A stretch of 64,000 nt of DNA, from assembly GCA_014192625.1 (NCBI GenBank), contig BJHM01000001.1:187725-251724 (forward strand), read 5' to 3'. Made by a program: the position numbers and the translations under genes. A model generated the notes under the pieces. The model was given only the letters and a program-made list of their open reading frames with translations. It made no database searches and was not told the origin of the DNA. Positions 8,292 through 17,063 of this stretch are shown here, piece after piece (positions within the stretch are counted from its first letter, which is position 1; every line of letters starts with the position of its first letter). This DNA comes from Planctomycetota bacterium. GTDB lineage: Bacteria > Planctomycetota > UBA1135 > UBA2386.

Positions 8292-8591
8292 TTAGACCTT
8301 GCGCCGTTTTGCCTTGCTACGCGCTCGGTAATCGAGCCATGCCTGCCGCCACGCATCGTGTTTGCGATTGAGTCGCTGATACCAGCGGTAGCGCGTGAGG
8401 CGGCGGTGGATCTGGCCCTTGATCGGCAGATCGATCATGGCGAGCCCGCCAATCATCAGCAGGATGCCTTGCACGAACGGCAGGAACAGCCCTGCGATGC
8501 CGGCCAGCAGCAGGAGTAAGCCCGCCGCATTGCGCAATACGCGGCGGGTTCTGTTGCGGGGTGGCGGCTGTGTAGGTGACGGATCGGCCAT
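8292..8591 (-). CDS. small two-TM membrane protein (PGPGW/YbaN-like architecture)
   Basis: ORF 8292..8678 trimmed to ATG 8591 (MADPSPTQPPP...) to avoid overlap with the divergent cls. Hydrophobic core LLLLLAGIAGLFLPFVQGILLMIGGLAMI followed by a basic tail. The start is uncertain. Confidence 0.5.
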   Translation of the reverse strand: MADPSPTQPPPRNRTRRVLRNAAGLLLLLAGIAGLFLPFVQGILLMIGGLAMIDLPIKGQIHRRLTRYRWYQRLNRKHDAWRQAWLDYRARSKAKRRKV

Positions 8592-8602
8592 CGACAGGCA
8601 GT

Positions 8603-10114
8603 ATGATTGCACGCTTCGGTCCGCACCATCAAAGCATGCTCGCCGTTTTACAACTAGCCTCAGAGTCCGCGACGCCATGGCACTGGGTCGTGGTTGCCTT
8701 CACATTGCTGGGCGAAGTGCTCGCGTTGATTTTTATCGTGCGTGTTTTGGAGCGTGGCGGCGCACCGGCAACGACATTGATGTGGGTCGTAGTGATCTTG
8801 CTCGCGCCGTGGTTTGGCATCGGGCTCTACTACTTGTTTCCGCGCCGACTGCAGCTGCGCAGGCTCAAGCGAATCGCGCAGCAGCAGCGTAGATGGCGCG
8901 GCGGGACGCGTGGCTCGCGCACGACGGAGCTGCTGTCGGTGCGCGAAGCCGAAGCCCAACAGGAAGGATCCCTGCATCGTCTTTTGCGCGGTCTCGTGCC
9001 AGATAGCGTGAGTTTTGGCAACGCGGTCCGGTGGCTCCCTTCTGGCGAAGACTTTTTTGCGGCTGCGCGTTTGGCAATGGCGCGAGCGCAGCATTTCGTC
9101 CACATAGAGATCTACATTTTTCGACCTGATCCGACGGGCTTGGCATTCCTTGCGCTGCTCGAGTCGGTGGCGCGCCGTGGGGTTGCGGTGCGATTGCTCT
9201 ATGACTCGTTGGGCAGCTTCAGTCTCAAAGCGCGGCATCTCGCTGCGCTGCGTAAAGCTGGCGGACGCGCCGAGCCGTGCTTGCCGTTGCTGTGGAAGCG
9301 GCGGCCGTTCACCGTCAACCTGCGCAATCACCGCAAGCAGATCATCGTTGATGGCGACGTCGTGCTCCTTGGTGGCCGCAATATTGCTGATGAATACGCA
9401 ACGGACCGCCTTGGCCAAAAACATGCTTGGTTTGACGCGATGGTGCAGATCCAGGGCCCAGCAGTAGCAGACCTGCACCATGTGTTTCTCGAAGATTGGT
9501 TCAATGCGACAGACGAAGACCTGCAAGACCCAAGGTTCTTGGCCGGGGCCGATCGCAAAGGCAACGAGTGCGTCGGCGCCGCGCGCAGTGGGCCAGACGG
9601 AGTCACCAAGGTGCTCTGGTTCTCGGTGTTTCAAGTGATCAACGATGCGCGCTATAGCCTCGAAATCAGCTCGCCTTATTTAGTCCCGCCGCCATCGATG
9701 CTGATTGCTTTGGTGGTGGCGGCATCGCGCGGCGTTCGGGTCCGGATTTTCACCAACGGTCGGGCCACCGAGGCTGTTGTGTTGCATCAGGCGCAGCGCA
9801 GTTACTACCGCGAATTGGTCAGTGCTGGGGTCGAGATCTATGAGACCATCGACGACTACAACCACGCCAAAGTATTGGTTGCAGACAATCGCACGGTGAT
9901 GGTTGGGAGTGCCAACTTTGACATGCGCAGTGCGCATCTCAACTTCGAGCTTGCGGTAGTGCTGCCCGATTCGCCTTCGTTTGCGCGCGACGTGCTGGCA
10001 ACGCTGGATAGCCGCGCATTAGCGTCGCGTCGGATCGAACTGGGGCAGTTGCGCAACTCAAGACTGCAGCGCATCATCGACGGCATTTGTCGGCTGCTGT
10101 CACCAATCCTCTGA
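8603..10114 (+). CDS. cls: cardiolipin synthase (two PLD/HKD domains)
   Basis: Two N-terminal TM helices and two HKD motifs (HRKQIIVDGD..GGRN and HAKVLVADNRTVMVGSANFDMRS). ATG 8603 is preferred (AGG 5 nt upstream). Alternative starts are GTG 8576 and ATG 8636. Confidence 0.9.
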   Translation: MIARFGPHHQSMLAVLQLASESATPWHWVVVAFTLLGEVLALIFIVRVLERGGAPATTLMWVVVILLAPWFGIGLYYLFPRRLQLRRLKRIAQQQRRWRGGTRGSRTTELLSVREAEAQQEGSLHRLLRGLVPDSVSFGNAVRWLPSGEDFFAAARLAMARAQHFVHIEIYIFRPDPTGLAFLALLESVARRGVAVRLLYDSLGSFSLKARHLAALRKAGGRAEPCLPLLWKRRPFTVNLRNHRKQIIVDGDVVLLGGRNIADEYATDRLGQKHAWFDAMVQIQGPAVADLHHVFLEDWFNATDEDLQDPRFLAGADRKGNECVGAARSGPDGVTKVLWFSVFQVINDARYSLEISSPYLVPPPSMLIALVVAASRGVRVRIFTNGRATEAVVLHQAQRSYYRELVSAGVEIYETIDDYNHAKVLVADNRTVMVGSANFDMRSAHLNFELAVVLPDSPSFARDVLATLDSRALASRRIELGQLRNSRLQRIIDGICRLLSPIL

Positions 10115-10116
10115 CG

Positions 10117-11199
10117 CTATTTTCGCGTTGTGAGCGGCAGCTCTGCTTCGAGCGAGCGCAGCTTTGCTAGTAGTAGGTCGTGGCCGCGTTGGTTCGCGTG
10201 TGAGTCGAGTGGCGAGTTGCGGATTGGTAACCGCAACTCATCGGGCGAAAACCGGAACGCATGATAAGGGATGCCTTCGGTGTGGCAAAAGTCTGGCAGT
10301 GCTTTGATCGCCGGCTGTGAGTGGTCGAGCAACACAAGAGGAATGTGCCGCGCCTCGCACAGATCACGAATCGTGCGCAGCGCTTCCCGACTGCGTTGCC
10401 AGCCGCGCGGCCCTTTGCCGAAAAGTTCTGGCACGTAATTGGTGCCCGCCGGCAGCGCGCGCAGGATTCGGACCGCCGGATCGGATTGCAAGCGCAGCAG
10501 TGTCGCGGTTGCTGGCAGCAGGCCGTCAATGTGATCAGCAGTAAAACTCCACGCATCGGGCGGCGCTACCAGTTGCTCCTTCGGATCGGGAGTGCCACCG
10601 AGCACCGCCTGCTCGACGACGTCGCGCGTTGGCTCGATGTCGTTGACTACATAGATCAGCAATACGAGATCGGGTTCGAGTTGTATGCCATCGTCGCGCA
10701 GCAGCGCGGCTTCTTGCATCGAGTCGTACATGGGGAGGCCGGTGTTCACGACTTCGCATGCGAAGCGTTGTTGCAGCTCTATTTCCCAACGCCGTAGAAA
10801 GGTGAACTGATCGTTGACGCCCCAGCCAAACGCCACGGAGTCGCCGAGTACTAGGATGCGAAAGGTGCCCGCGGGTTTTTGCGCGGTGATTTCTGGCCCA
10901 CGGAACCCGAGGCGGTTGGTGTGCAGGTCGAAACTGCCAAGATCGAGATCGAGCAGTGGCTTGTGCCAGTAAAGGCGGCCGTCGAGATCGGCAGCAGTGA
11001 GATCAGCCGGTGCCACTTGTCGTCGTTCCCAGACGTAGGTAACGGCTTCCTTTCGGTAAGTAGCCACCTCGGTTTCGTAGTTGCGGCCCAAGGGGTCGAA
11101 GTTGCGCAGCAGCAACTCACAGGCAACGAGGGCCAGAATTAGGCCGAGGCCGAGTGCCAATAGGCCAAACCACAGTTTTCGGCGCGCCCTCTGGTTCAT
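10117..11199 (-). CDS. membrane-anchored SGNH/GDSL-family hydrolase
   Basis: Trimmed to ATG 11199, which forms an ATGA overlap with the upstream stop. N-terminal TM (LWFGLLALGLGLILALVACELLL), block I ILVLGDSVAFGWG and a C-terminal D..H-like block (LDSHANQRGH). Confidence 0.7.
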   Translation of the reverse strand: MNQRARRKLWFGLLALGLGLILALVACELLLRNFDPLGRNYETEVATYRKEAVTYVWERRQVAPADLTAADLDGRLYWHKPLLDLDLGSFDLHTNRLGFRGPEITAQKPAGTFRILVLGDSVAFGWGVNDQFTFLRRWEIELQQRFACEVVNTGLPMYDSMQEAALLRDDGIQLEPDLVLLIYVVNDIEPTRDVVEQAVLGGTPDPKEQLVAPPDAWSFTADHIDGLLPATATLLRLQSDPAVRILRALPAGTNYVPELFGKGPRGWQRSREALRTIRDLCEARHIPLVLLDHSQPAIKALPDFCHTEGIPYHAFRFSPDELRLPIRNSPLDSHANQRGHDLLLAKLRSLEAELPLTTRK

Positions 11200-12722
11200 T
11201 GCCGTCGCGAGCTCCATCGGTTGCCGGAAAAGCTCGCCTTCCCCTCGGTCAAAAGTTTCTGCAAGCCAGCAAGCAGGGAGCGCGCGGCGAACGGATGCAT
11301 TTCCGGTTTCGTGTCTGAGTAGACGATCGGCACGAGTTCGTCGAGTGTGCCAGATCGCTGGGCCAGTGTTTCGAGCAGCGTGGCCTCACGCTTGCTGCGG
11401 TGTCGCAGATATTGCTGCAAATACCGCCGGCCATCGCGTACCGCAGGGCCATGCGCTGGGTAGAGCGTCGTCATAGGCTCCAAGGCGAGGAGATTGAGGC
11501 TCTGTAGATACGTGGCGAGGTGACCTTCAGGCGGGTCGATGATGATGGTCGAGATAGTCGAGATCATGTCGCCGACGATCGCGGCACCGTAGCGGGACTC
11601 GTGAAAACACAAGTGGCCGCGGTCGTGACCTGGAGTGTGGATCGCGCGCAGATGCCAGCCTGTAGAGCCGTCAGGCGCGCGACCCAGAGGGATTGAGTCG
11701 TCGTGGTGGATGGGCGCGCCTAAACGGCAGCCGGGTGGCAGTCGTTCGAGTGTCAGGGGGTGGCCGCGCACCGATAGATTGCGCGCCTCGCAGAGCGCCG
11801 CGATGCCGCCAACGTGGTCTTGATGATGGTGGGTTGCGATTACTCCGCAGAGGCGCGCGCCAGTGCGGCACAACTCATCGAGCAGCAATAACAACCGCTG
11901 TTGCTCTTCGTGCGCGGGACTGCCAGGATCGATCACCCACAGTTCATCGCGGCCAGTGATGTAGCAGTTGGTGGTGGTGGCAGGCGGCAGCGTTTTAGTG
12001 AGTAGTGGCGCCAAGACAATGCCTGGCGAAAAGCGCACGAGGTGTAGGTGCCCCCTGCGGTAGCCGTCGGTAGTTTGAGTGACACTCAGCGTGAATGCCG
12101 TGAGGTCGCCATTTGCTGCTGCAAGGTGTTCAAGCAGGATGATCACTGGTGGGACCAGCAAGAGTTCGCCTCTCTGCCAAGCCAAAAGTGCGTCGTCTGG
12201 TCGCCAGAACTTGCCGTTGATGAGCTCGCCGGGCCACACGCTCGGTTCGCGGCCGCCGTTGGTATCGCGGCAAGTCTCAAGTGCCACATGCAAGAACTCG
12301 GTGTCGTAGCGAACCGGCGCGAATGCCGGTGTCTCGATGCGGCATATGAGCGGCAGCGGTGCTGGATCTGGGAGGCCAGCGATCAGCTGCAGCCACGGAG
12401 CAGTGGTGTCGACGATGCCGGTCAGGTCGTGTTGCAGCATCGCCGTGCGCACGTTGTGAAGGTGCTCCTGCGAGTTGCGATCTGCTGGCAGCTGGTGTTG
12501 CAGTAGGCCGGTCTCCTCAAAAAGTTCGCGCAATGCACAGCGCTGCATAGCCGCTGATTCGCTGGTCACCGTACCGCCGTCGGCAGGAGCGAGGGTGCCG
12601 CCAGGCAACGCAAGGTAGCCGCCGAAGAAGCGCAACAACGGCGAACGCTCGACCAGGAACACTTCGATCGAAAGCCCCTGCCCGCGGGTTAGCAACAGCG
12701 CTGCGGCATTGCGCCTGCTCAT
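11196..12722 (-). CDS. NUDIX hydrolase / MBL-fold metallo-hydrolase fusion protein
   Basis: ORF 11196..13067 trimmed to ATG 12722, which forms an ATGA overlap with the upstream stop. NUDIX box GGTVTSE-x9-RELFEETGL near the N-terminus. MBL motif ATHHHQDHVGG plus downstream HTPGH. Confidence 0.8.
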   Translation of the reverse strand: MSRRNAAALLLTRGQGLSIEVFLVERSPLLRFFGGYLALPGGTLAPADGGTVTSESAAMQRCALRELFEETGLLQHQLPADRNSQEHLHNVRTAMLQHDLTGIVDTTAPWLQLIAGLPDPAPLPLICRIETPAFAPVRYDTEFLHVALETCRDTNGGREPSVWPGELINGKFWRPDDALLAWQRGELLLVPPVIILLEHLAAANGDLTAFTLSVTQTTDGYRRGHLHLVRFSPGIVLAPLLTKTLPPATTTNCYITGRDELWVIDPGSPAHEEQQRLLLLLDELCRTGARLCGVIATHHHQDHVGGIAALCEARNLSVRGHPLTLERLPPGCRLGAPIHHDDSIPLGRAPDGSTGWHLRAIHTPGHDRGHLCFHESRYGAAIVGDMISTISTIIIDPPEGHLATYLQSLNLLALEPMTTLYPAHGPAVRDGRRYLQQYLRHRSKREATLLETLAQRSGTLDELVPIVYSDTKPEMHPFAARSLLAGLQKLLTEGKASFSGNRWSSRRQ

Positions 12723-14848
12723 TCGAACTGCGCCGCGTTGCGCAAGGTGAGTAGCGCCATCGCCGTGCCGTAGCTGCGCCCAAGCTCGTGGCTGTCGATG
12801 AAGCTGCCGTCGATCTCGGGGATGTCTTGCAGCAGTGCGATGAACTTTTGCCAATGCGGCGCACGCTCTGCTTCTGGTAGCAGCTTCACTACTTCGCTGG
12901 CGTGATAGACGGAGTGGAAGAAAAAGAAGCCGCCGAGTTCGCCATCGCTGTGGAAGTCGTTGCGACGCACGCCCTCCAGATTTTTCAGAAACGCAAAAAA
13001 GTTGGTCATAGCGAAGCGCAGTTTGTCCAGGTCGCTGCGGCCGAGTTGCAGCAGCGCGCCTTCGCAAACAGGCATCCGGCCGACCGCGTCCTTGTGTGAC
13101 GTAGGATTCCCAGTGCCGGCGGCGCCACCGTAGGCGAAGGAGCCGGTCTTGAAGCGCGCGCTGATTAGCGCGCTGGCGCCCTTATCGGTGAGTTCGCTCG
13201 GCACGCTCGCACCACCTGCCTTCGCGGCGAGGATCTCCTGCAGGATTGCACCAGTGGCAAATGCGTTTTCGTATTCATGCGCCCAGAAGCCACTCGCCAT
13301 CTGCCGCGCCCGCGCTTGCTCGACCAGATCATTCATTCGCGCGATCCACACTTGCTTGTCATCGACACTCGCATCGCGACTACGACGCGCGAGATACATC
13401 AAGCGATACGCATCTGAGTAACAGTCTTCGTTGGCCCCCCGATTGAGCCGCTTTGGATCAAACGCGAATGCATAGCCGCGCTGCAGCGCAAGGTCGATTT
13501 GCACACCAAGGTCAGGGAACACGGAGCGGTATTCCCAAAGTGCCGTCATCGCGATCGCGGTGATAGCGACCCATACATTTGGCGTGATCTCACTGCTCGG
13601 CCAGTAGGCGTAGCGTGCGTCCGTGAAGCCGCCGTCGTCATGTTGTTGCGCCAGTAGAAACTCGAGCGCCTGCCGTGCCATTGCCTTTGGCTCGAGTGCG
13701 GCACCGTTCCAGGTGGTGTCCTTGGGCATTCCCTGATAAGCGGACTCGGGCAAGTATCGAACGCCTTCGAAGCCAGCGAATGCCGCACCGATCGGCCGAT
13801 CGTCTGGCCCAAGGGTCACATTGGCGTGCGCCCGTTTGCCAAAAAGGTCATTTGCATGACGCAAAGCCACCAGCTCGAAGCGACGCATCGCCCCAACTTC
13901 ATCGCCGAGGTGCAATGCGTTCAGCGCAAACCAGTAGCCTGCCTCGGCGGTCCGAGTGCCCGCGTTACGCCACGCGTATTCAAACTCCGGTTGCGCTTTC
14001 TGCGGTCGACCGACCATCGTCAGCACAAGGCCGCGTTCGCAGGCGATATCGGCCTTGGTCGTGCTTTTGGAACTCACTTCGCTGTCGAGTTGGGAAGCTG
14101 CTCGATCGAGGCTCAGCAAAGCGGCATCTGGTTGCCGCAGGAGCCGCTGTAGCGCCGCTAGCAGCAACCAATCCGAGCTCGATTTGCGCGGTTGCTCGAT
14201 GAGCAGGGTGGCAGCCGGGCGCCAGAGTCCCATGCGGCGCATCGCAATTGGTGAGACTGCCTTGCGTGGGACTTGCTGCTGCTCCAGAAGGCGCACCATC
14301 AAGCTGGCAAACCAATGTGCATGAAAGGTGCGGAAGCGTTCGACGAAGTGGATGACGTTGCCATCGCCATCGAGGAACACGATTGCGGGTTCAACAAACG
14401 CGAGCGGTCGCAGCCCGAACCGTTGGCTCAGGGTTTCGTCAAGCATGCAACGCACTGGCACGAAGCACTCCGTTGCCATGGCAGACACGTCGCCGTCGGA
14501 AAGGACAACTTGCTGGAGGTAGGTGTCTAGTATTGGCGACCGATACATCTGCCGCCCCCCCAAGTGCGCCTCTTCGATGCGGTGCACATACCAGAGGACC
14601 AGTTTGTTTTCGGCCTTGGCTTTTGCGCAGGCTTGATCGATCAGCTGCGTTCGGTCGACAGCACCCCGCTGTTCTGCTGCGTGGTCGTAGAACTCGGAGC
14701 CATCACTTTGCCAGGGGATCGATTCAAGAAGGTGCAGGGTGCTTGCTGGGTGAGGGGGCGCAAGCTGTCCGTAGACATCAGTCGAGATTGCCAGCAAAGA
14801 TACGGCTGGCAAAAATAGGCGCAGCAAGGCGTGATGGGTGACAGTCAT
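12719..14848 (-). CDS. secreted thioredoxin-like domain + (alpha/alpha)-toroid (prenyltransferase/squalene-cyclase-repeat-like) protein
   Basis: 709 aa with a signal peptide (LFLPAVSLLAISTDVYGQ). The N-terminal Trx-fold-like segment (AKAENKLVLWYVH..., no CxxC) is followed by repeated aromatic/Gly-rich helical-hairpin motifs (DDGGFTD, SGFWAHEY, GSFAYGG, IDGSFID, SYGTAMALLTL). The architecture resembles YyaL/SSP411 (inference). Confidence 0.55.
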   Translation of the reverse strand: MTVTHHALLRLFLPAVSLLAISTDVYGQLAPPHPASTLHLLESIPWQSDGSEFYDHAAEQRGAVDRTQLIDQACAKAKAENKLVLWYVHRIEEAHLGGRQMYRSPILDTYLQQVVLSDGDVSAMATECFVPVRCMLDETLSQRFGLRPLAFVEPAIVFLDGDGNVIHFVERFRTFHAHWFASLMVRLLEQQQVPRKAVSPIAMRRMGLWRPAATLLIEQPRKSSSDWLLLAALQRLLRQPDAALLSLDRAASQLDSEVSSKSTTKADIACERGLVLTMVGRPQKAQPEFEYAWRNAGTRTAEAGYWFALNALHLGDEVGAMRRFELVALRHANDLFGKRAHANVTLGPDDRPIGAAFAGFEGVRYLPESAYQGMPKDTTWNGAALEPKAMARQALEFLLAQQHDDGGFTDARYAYWPSSEITPNVWVAITAIAMTALWEYRSVFPDLGVQIDLALQRGYAFAFDPKRLNRGANEDCYSDAYRLMYLARRSRDASVDDKQVWIARMNDLVEQARARQMASGFWAHEYENAFATGAILQEILAAKAGGASVPSELTDKGASALISARFKTGSFAYGGAAGTGNPTSHKDAVGRMPVCEGALLQLGRSDLDKLRFAMTNFFAFLKNLEGVRRNDFHSDGELGGFFFFHSVYHASEVVKLLPEAERAPHWQKFIALLQDIPEIDGSFIDSHELGRSYGTAMALLTLRNAAQFE

Positions 14849-15147
14849 GCGCGTGGGAGCTTAACATCGGTTGACGAGCGCCGAAGTTACTGTGGTAGCG
14901 CAGGGCTTTTGGTTGGCGATTAAGGTTGCAGAATAAATACGGTGCTCTGCAACAGCGAGCGCGTAGCTTACGGCCTCTGCAACATCGGAATGTGGCGCCG
15001 CAGTCGACTCTTTGTTGGGGGGGCAATTCGCGTCGAGCACGAAGTGCCTCAGCAGGAGAAAAGTTTTCCCAGACAGAGACCTTTTTCCCTGCTTTAACCG
15101 CGGAAGATTGTCCCTATGGGATGCTTGAAGTTCCATAAGATATTCAC

Positions 15148-15213
15148 CAGCACGGCCTTCACAGCACGGCCTTCACAGCACGGCCTCCACAGCACGGCCT
15201 TCACAGCACGGCC
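15148..15213. repeat. 14-bp tandem repeat CAGCACGGCCTTCA, ~4.7 copies
   Basis: Read directly. One unit carries a T->C variant. The array ends 13 nt upstream of the candidate -35 element at 15226. Confidence 0.95.
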
Positions 15214-15225
15214 GAATAAATAAGT

Positions 15226-15251
15226 TGGAACCTATTTTTAAACGCTCCGTC
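15226..15251 (+). promoter_or_regulatory. candidate ECF-sigma-type promoter, TGGAACC-N14-CCGTC
   Basis: The sequence tTGGAACCtatttttaaacgctCCGTCaa ends 31 nt before ATG 15283. It has GGAAC/CGTC with a 16-nt spacer and an AT-rich spacer. The same 7-mer and 5-mer recur at 38482..38508. Confidence 0.55.
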
Positions 15252-15282
15252 AATCTGGGACCCAGTACACTCTGAACAACCC

Positions 15283-17013
15283 ATGAATAATCTAAAAATA
15301 CTCAGCGCGTTGCTCGCGACAGCTACTGCCCTTTCGGCGCAGTGCATTGCTCCTTCTTCTCTCAATACAAACCCCCCTGACTTCTCTGCTTCGCACTATG
15401 TTGGCTCGCCGAACCCGCCAGTGGTTCCAGATCCAGGTTTCAGCAGCCTTTGGGACATGACGGTCAACGGTTCGTTGACTATCAGCTCGATTGACAGCTA
15501 TCTATACAACGATGGCGTAAACCCATACCAGGTCGGCAACACGGGGCCCTTCGACTTTTGGATTTGCCCGACTACTCACACCGGCAATGAGCTGATCCCG
15601 GCCAACTGGACGCTAGTCGGCAGTGGCACGTTCTCGGTTGCAGATAGCAGTAGCCACTCGCCAGCCGTTTTCAATGTCCCAGTGGTCCTTACTCCGGGCA
15701 CCTATGGCTGCGCGCTAAACCTAAAAGTAACAACGGTCTCGGTCAATGCGCAGCCGCTAATGCGCTGCAACCCACTAGTCACTTTGGCAAGTGTAGTGCC
15801 AAACACTCCAATGTCGGTGAGTGATCAGTTCATGTCGATCAACAACGAAGTGACGCAGCGAATCGCTTTCGTATCGGGGATTGGCGCGAACCATACGATC
15901 AACATCCAAATCAACTACGCTCCAAATGCTTCGTCAGCATTCTCATCGACGTATGGCGCTGGCTGCTACTTCCGCCCCCAGTCGTTCTATGAGACGTTCC
16001 AATTTGCGGCGCCGATTGACCTGTCTAACTCGGGCATCACGCTAATCAACAACGGCCCTAACTACACTGCGGTCCCATCTTCGCCATTCGGGGCATACGT
16101 CCCTACTACTCTCCCACTGGTCGGTGTTGCTGGCGGCACCATTATGGGTGACGACGATATTACACTTCCGATCACTCTGCCCTTCACGTTTAGTGCTCCG
16201 GGTGGCGTGTCCACGAGCCAAATCCAAATTGGTTCTAATGGCTTTGTGTATCTTTCAGCAACTGCTGGCAGCGCTTTTGGATACTACGACGACATCAACG
16301 GCTTTTTGACCGGAGTACCGCGCATCGCGCTAGGTTTCGGTGACTGGCTGCCGAGCGGAAATGTTGGTGGTAACGGTAACATTTACTACGAGGTTGATCC
16401 GAGCAACGCATTTGTCACGATCACCTATAACGATGTTGCTGAGTGGGTTCCAACACCTCCCACCATCGCTCGTCTAAATGGTCAGATCGTTCTCTACGCC
16501 AGTGGCCAAATCGACCTTCACTGGGGTAGTTGCTCGCAGCAGATTCCAGGTGGCGCTCCAGTGCTTGTGGGTTACAGTAACGGCGACGGCAATGACCCGG
16601 GCTCACGTAATATCAGCGCGGTGCCATTCGTCACCGGCAACGGCGACCTGCCGCCATCTTTGAAAACCGACACCCGTCCAATACTCGGCGGGACTTGGAA
16701 TTTGGTCACCAATCAAGTTGACCCAGCCACGTTCCTCGTCCTGACGATCTTGAGCTTTACCCCGCCACCGCCGGCACCATTCAACAGCCTCGCGCCCTTT
16801 GGCATGCCAGGCTGCACCCAAGAGGTCGGTAGCATTGATGCGACCTTCGTGAGTCTTGCCTTTGCTGGGACGACGTCGGTTGCGATCAGTGCCCCAGCCC
16901 TACCGGGCTTTATCGGCATCCAAGTGCGCGCTCAGGCAGCGCCGTTCACTTCTGGCCTTAATCAGGCAGGCATCGTTACTTCGAATGGCGTTTGCTGTAA
17001 GCTCGGCCTCTGA
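15283..17013 (+). CDS. secreted protein of unknown function; C-terminal ~350 aa module paralogous to the C-terminus of 38626..41919
   Basis: 576 aa with signal peptide MNNLKILSALLATATALSAQC. GC is visibly lower (~54% by hand count) than in neighbouring genes. Colinear similarity to the protease C-terminus (YGAGCYF..SFYETF, SNGFVYL, GSRNIS, GMPGC, SNGV). Confidence 0.8.
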   Translation: MNNLKILSALLATATALSAQCIAPSSLNTNPPDFSASHYVGSPNPPVVPDPGFSSLWDMTVNGSLTISSIDSYLYNDGVNPYQVGNTGPFDFWICPTTHTGNELIPANWTLVGSGTFSVADSSSHSPAVFNVPVVLTPGTYGCALNLKVTTVSVNAQPLMRCNPLVTLASVVPNTPMSVSDQFMSINNEVTQRIAFVSGIGANHTINIQINYAPNASSAFSSTYGAGCYFRPQSFYETFQFAAPIDLSNSGITLINNGPNYTAVPSSPFGAYVPTTLPLVGVAGGTIMGDDDITLPITLPFTFSAPGGVSTSQIQIGSNGFVYLSATAGSAFGYYDDINGFLTGVPRIALGFGDWLPSGNVGGNGNIYYEVDPSNAFVTITYNDVAEWVPTPPTIARLNGQIVLYASGQIDLHWGSCSQQIPGGAPVLVGYSNGDGNDPGSRNISAVPFVTGNGDLPPSLKTDTRPILGGTWNLVTNQVDPATFLVLTILSFTPPPPAPFNSLAPFGMPGCTQEVGSIDATFVSLAFAGTTSVAISAPALPGFIGIQVRAQAAPFTSGLNQAGIVTSNGVCCKLGL

Positions 17014-17032
17014 TCTGAGTGATCCTTGTCAG

Positions 17033-17062
17033 CCTAGGACTTAGAGTAGTCTTAGGATTTTG
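17033..17062 (+). terminator. Rho-independent terminator
   Basis: A 9-bp stem CCTAGGACT/AGTCTTAGG (one G-U pair) with a 6-nt loop, followed by ATTTTGT. It starts 20 nt after stop 17013. Confidence 0.7.
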
Positions 17063-17063
17063 T

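Noticed and set aside
7656-8519. ORFs of 180-250 aa in several frames across the 9-bp arrays (7656..8270, 7745..8356, 7753..8292, 7767..8519)
   Set aside because: The translations are homopolymer-like (CAVCAVCAV, HRAHRAHRA, VRGVRGVRG) and are produced by the repeat itself, in multiple frames and on both strands. They are not credible genes.
11196-13067. Long 5' extensions of track ORFs (11196..13067, 101..1063, 22874..24193, 25781..26668, 35277..37532, 38377..41919, 47825..49471, 50954..51985, 29669..31969, 55620..56204)
   Set aside because: The extensions overlap neighbouring genes, are Arg/Pro-rich and lack homology. Internal starts give canonical N-termini, ATGA/GTGA coupling or a Shine-Dalgarno-like sequence, so the trimmed coordinates were used.
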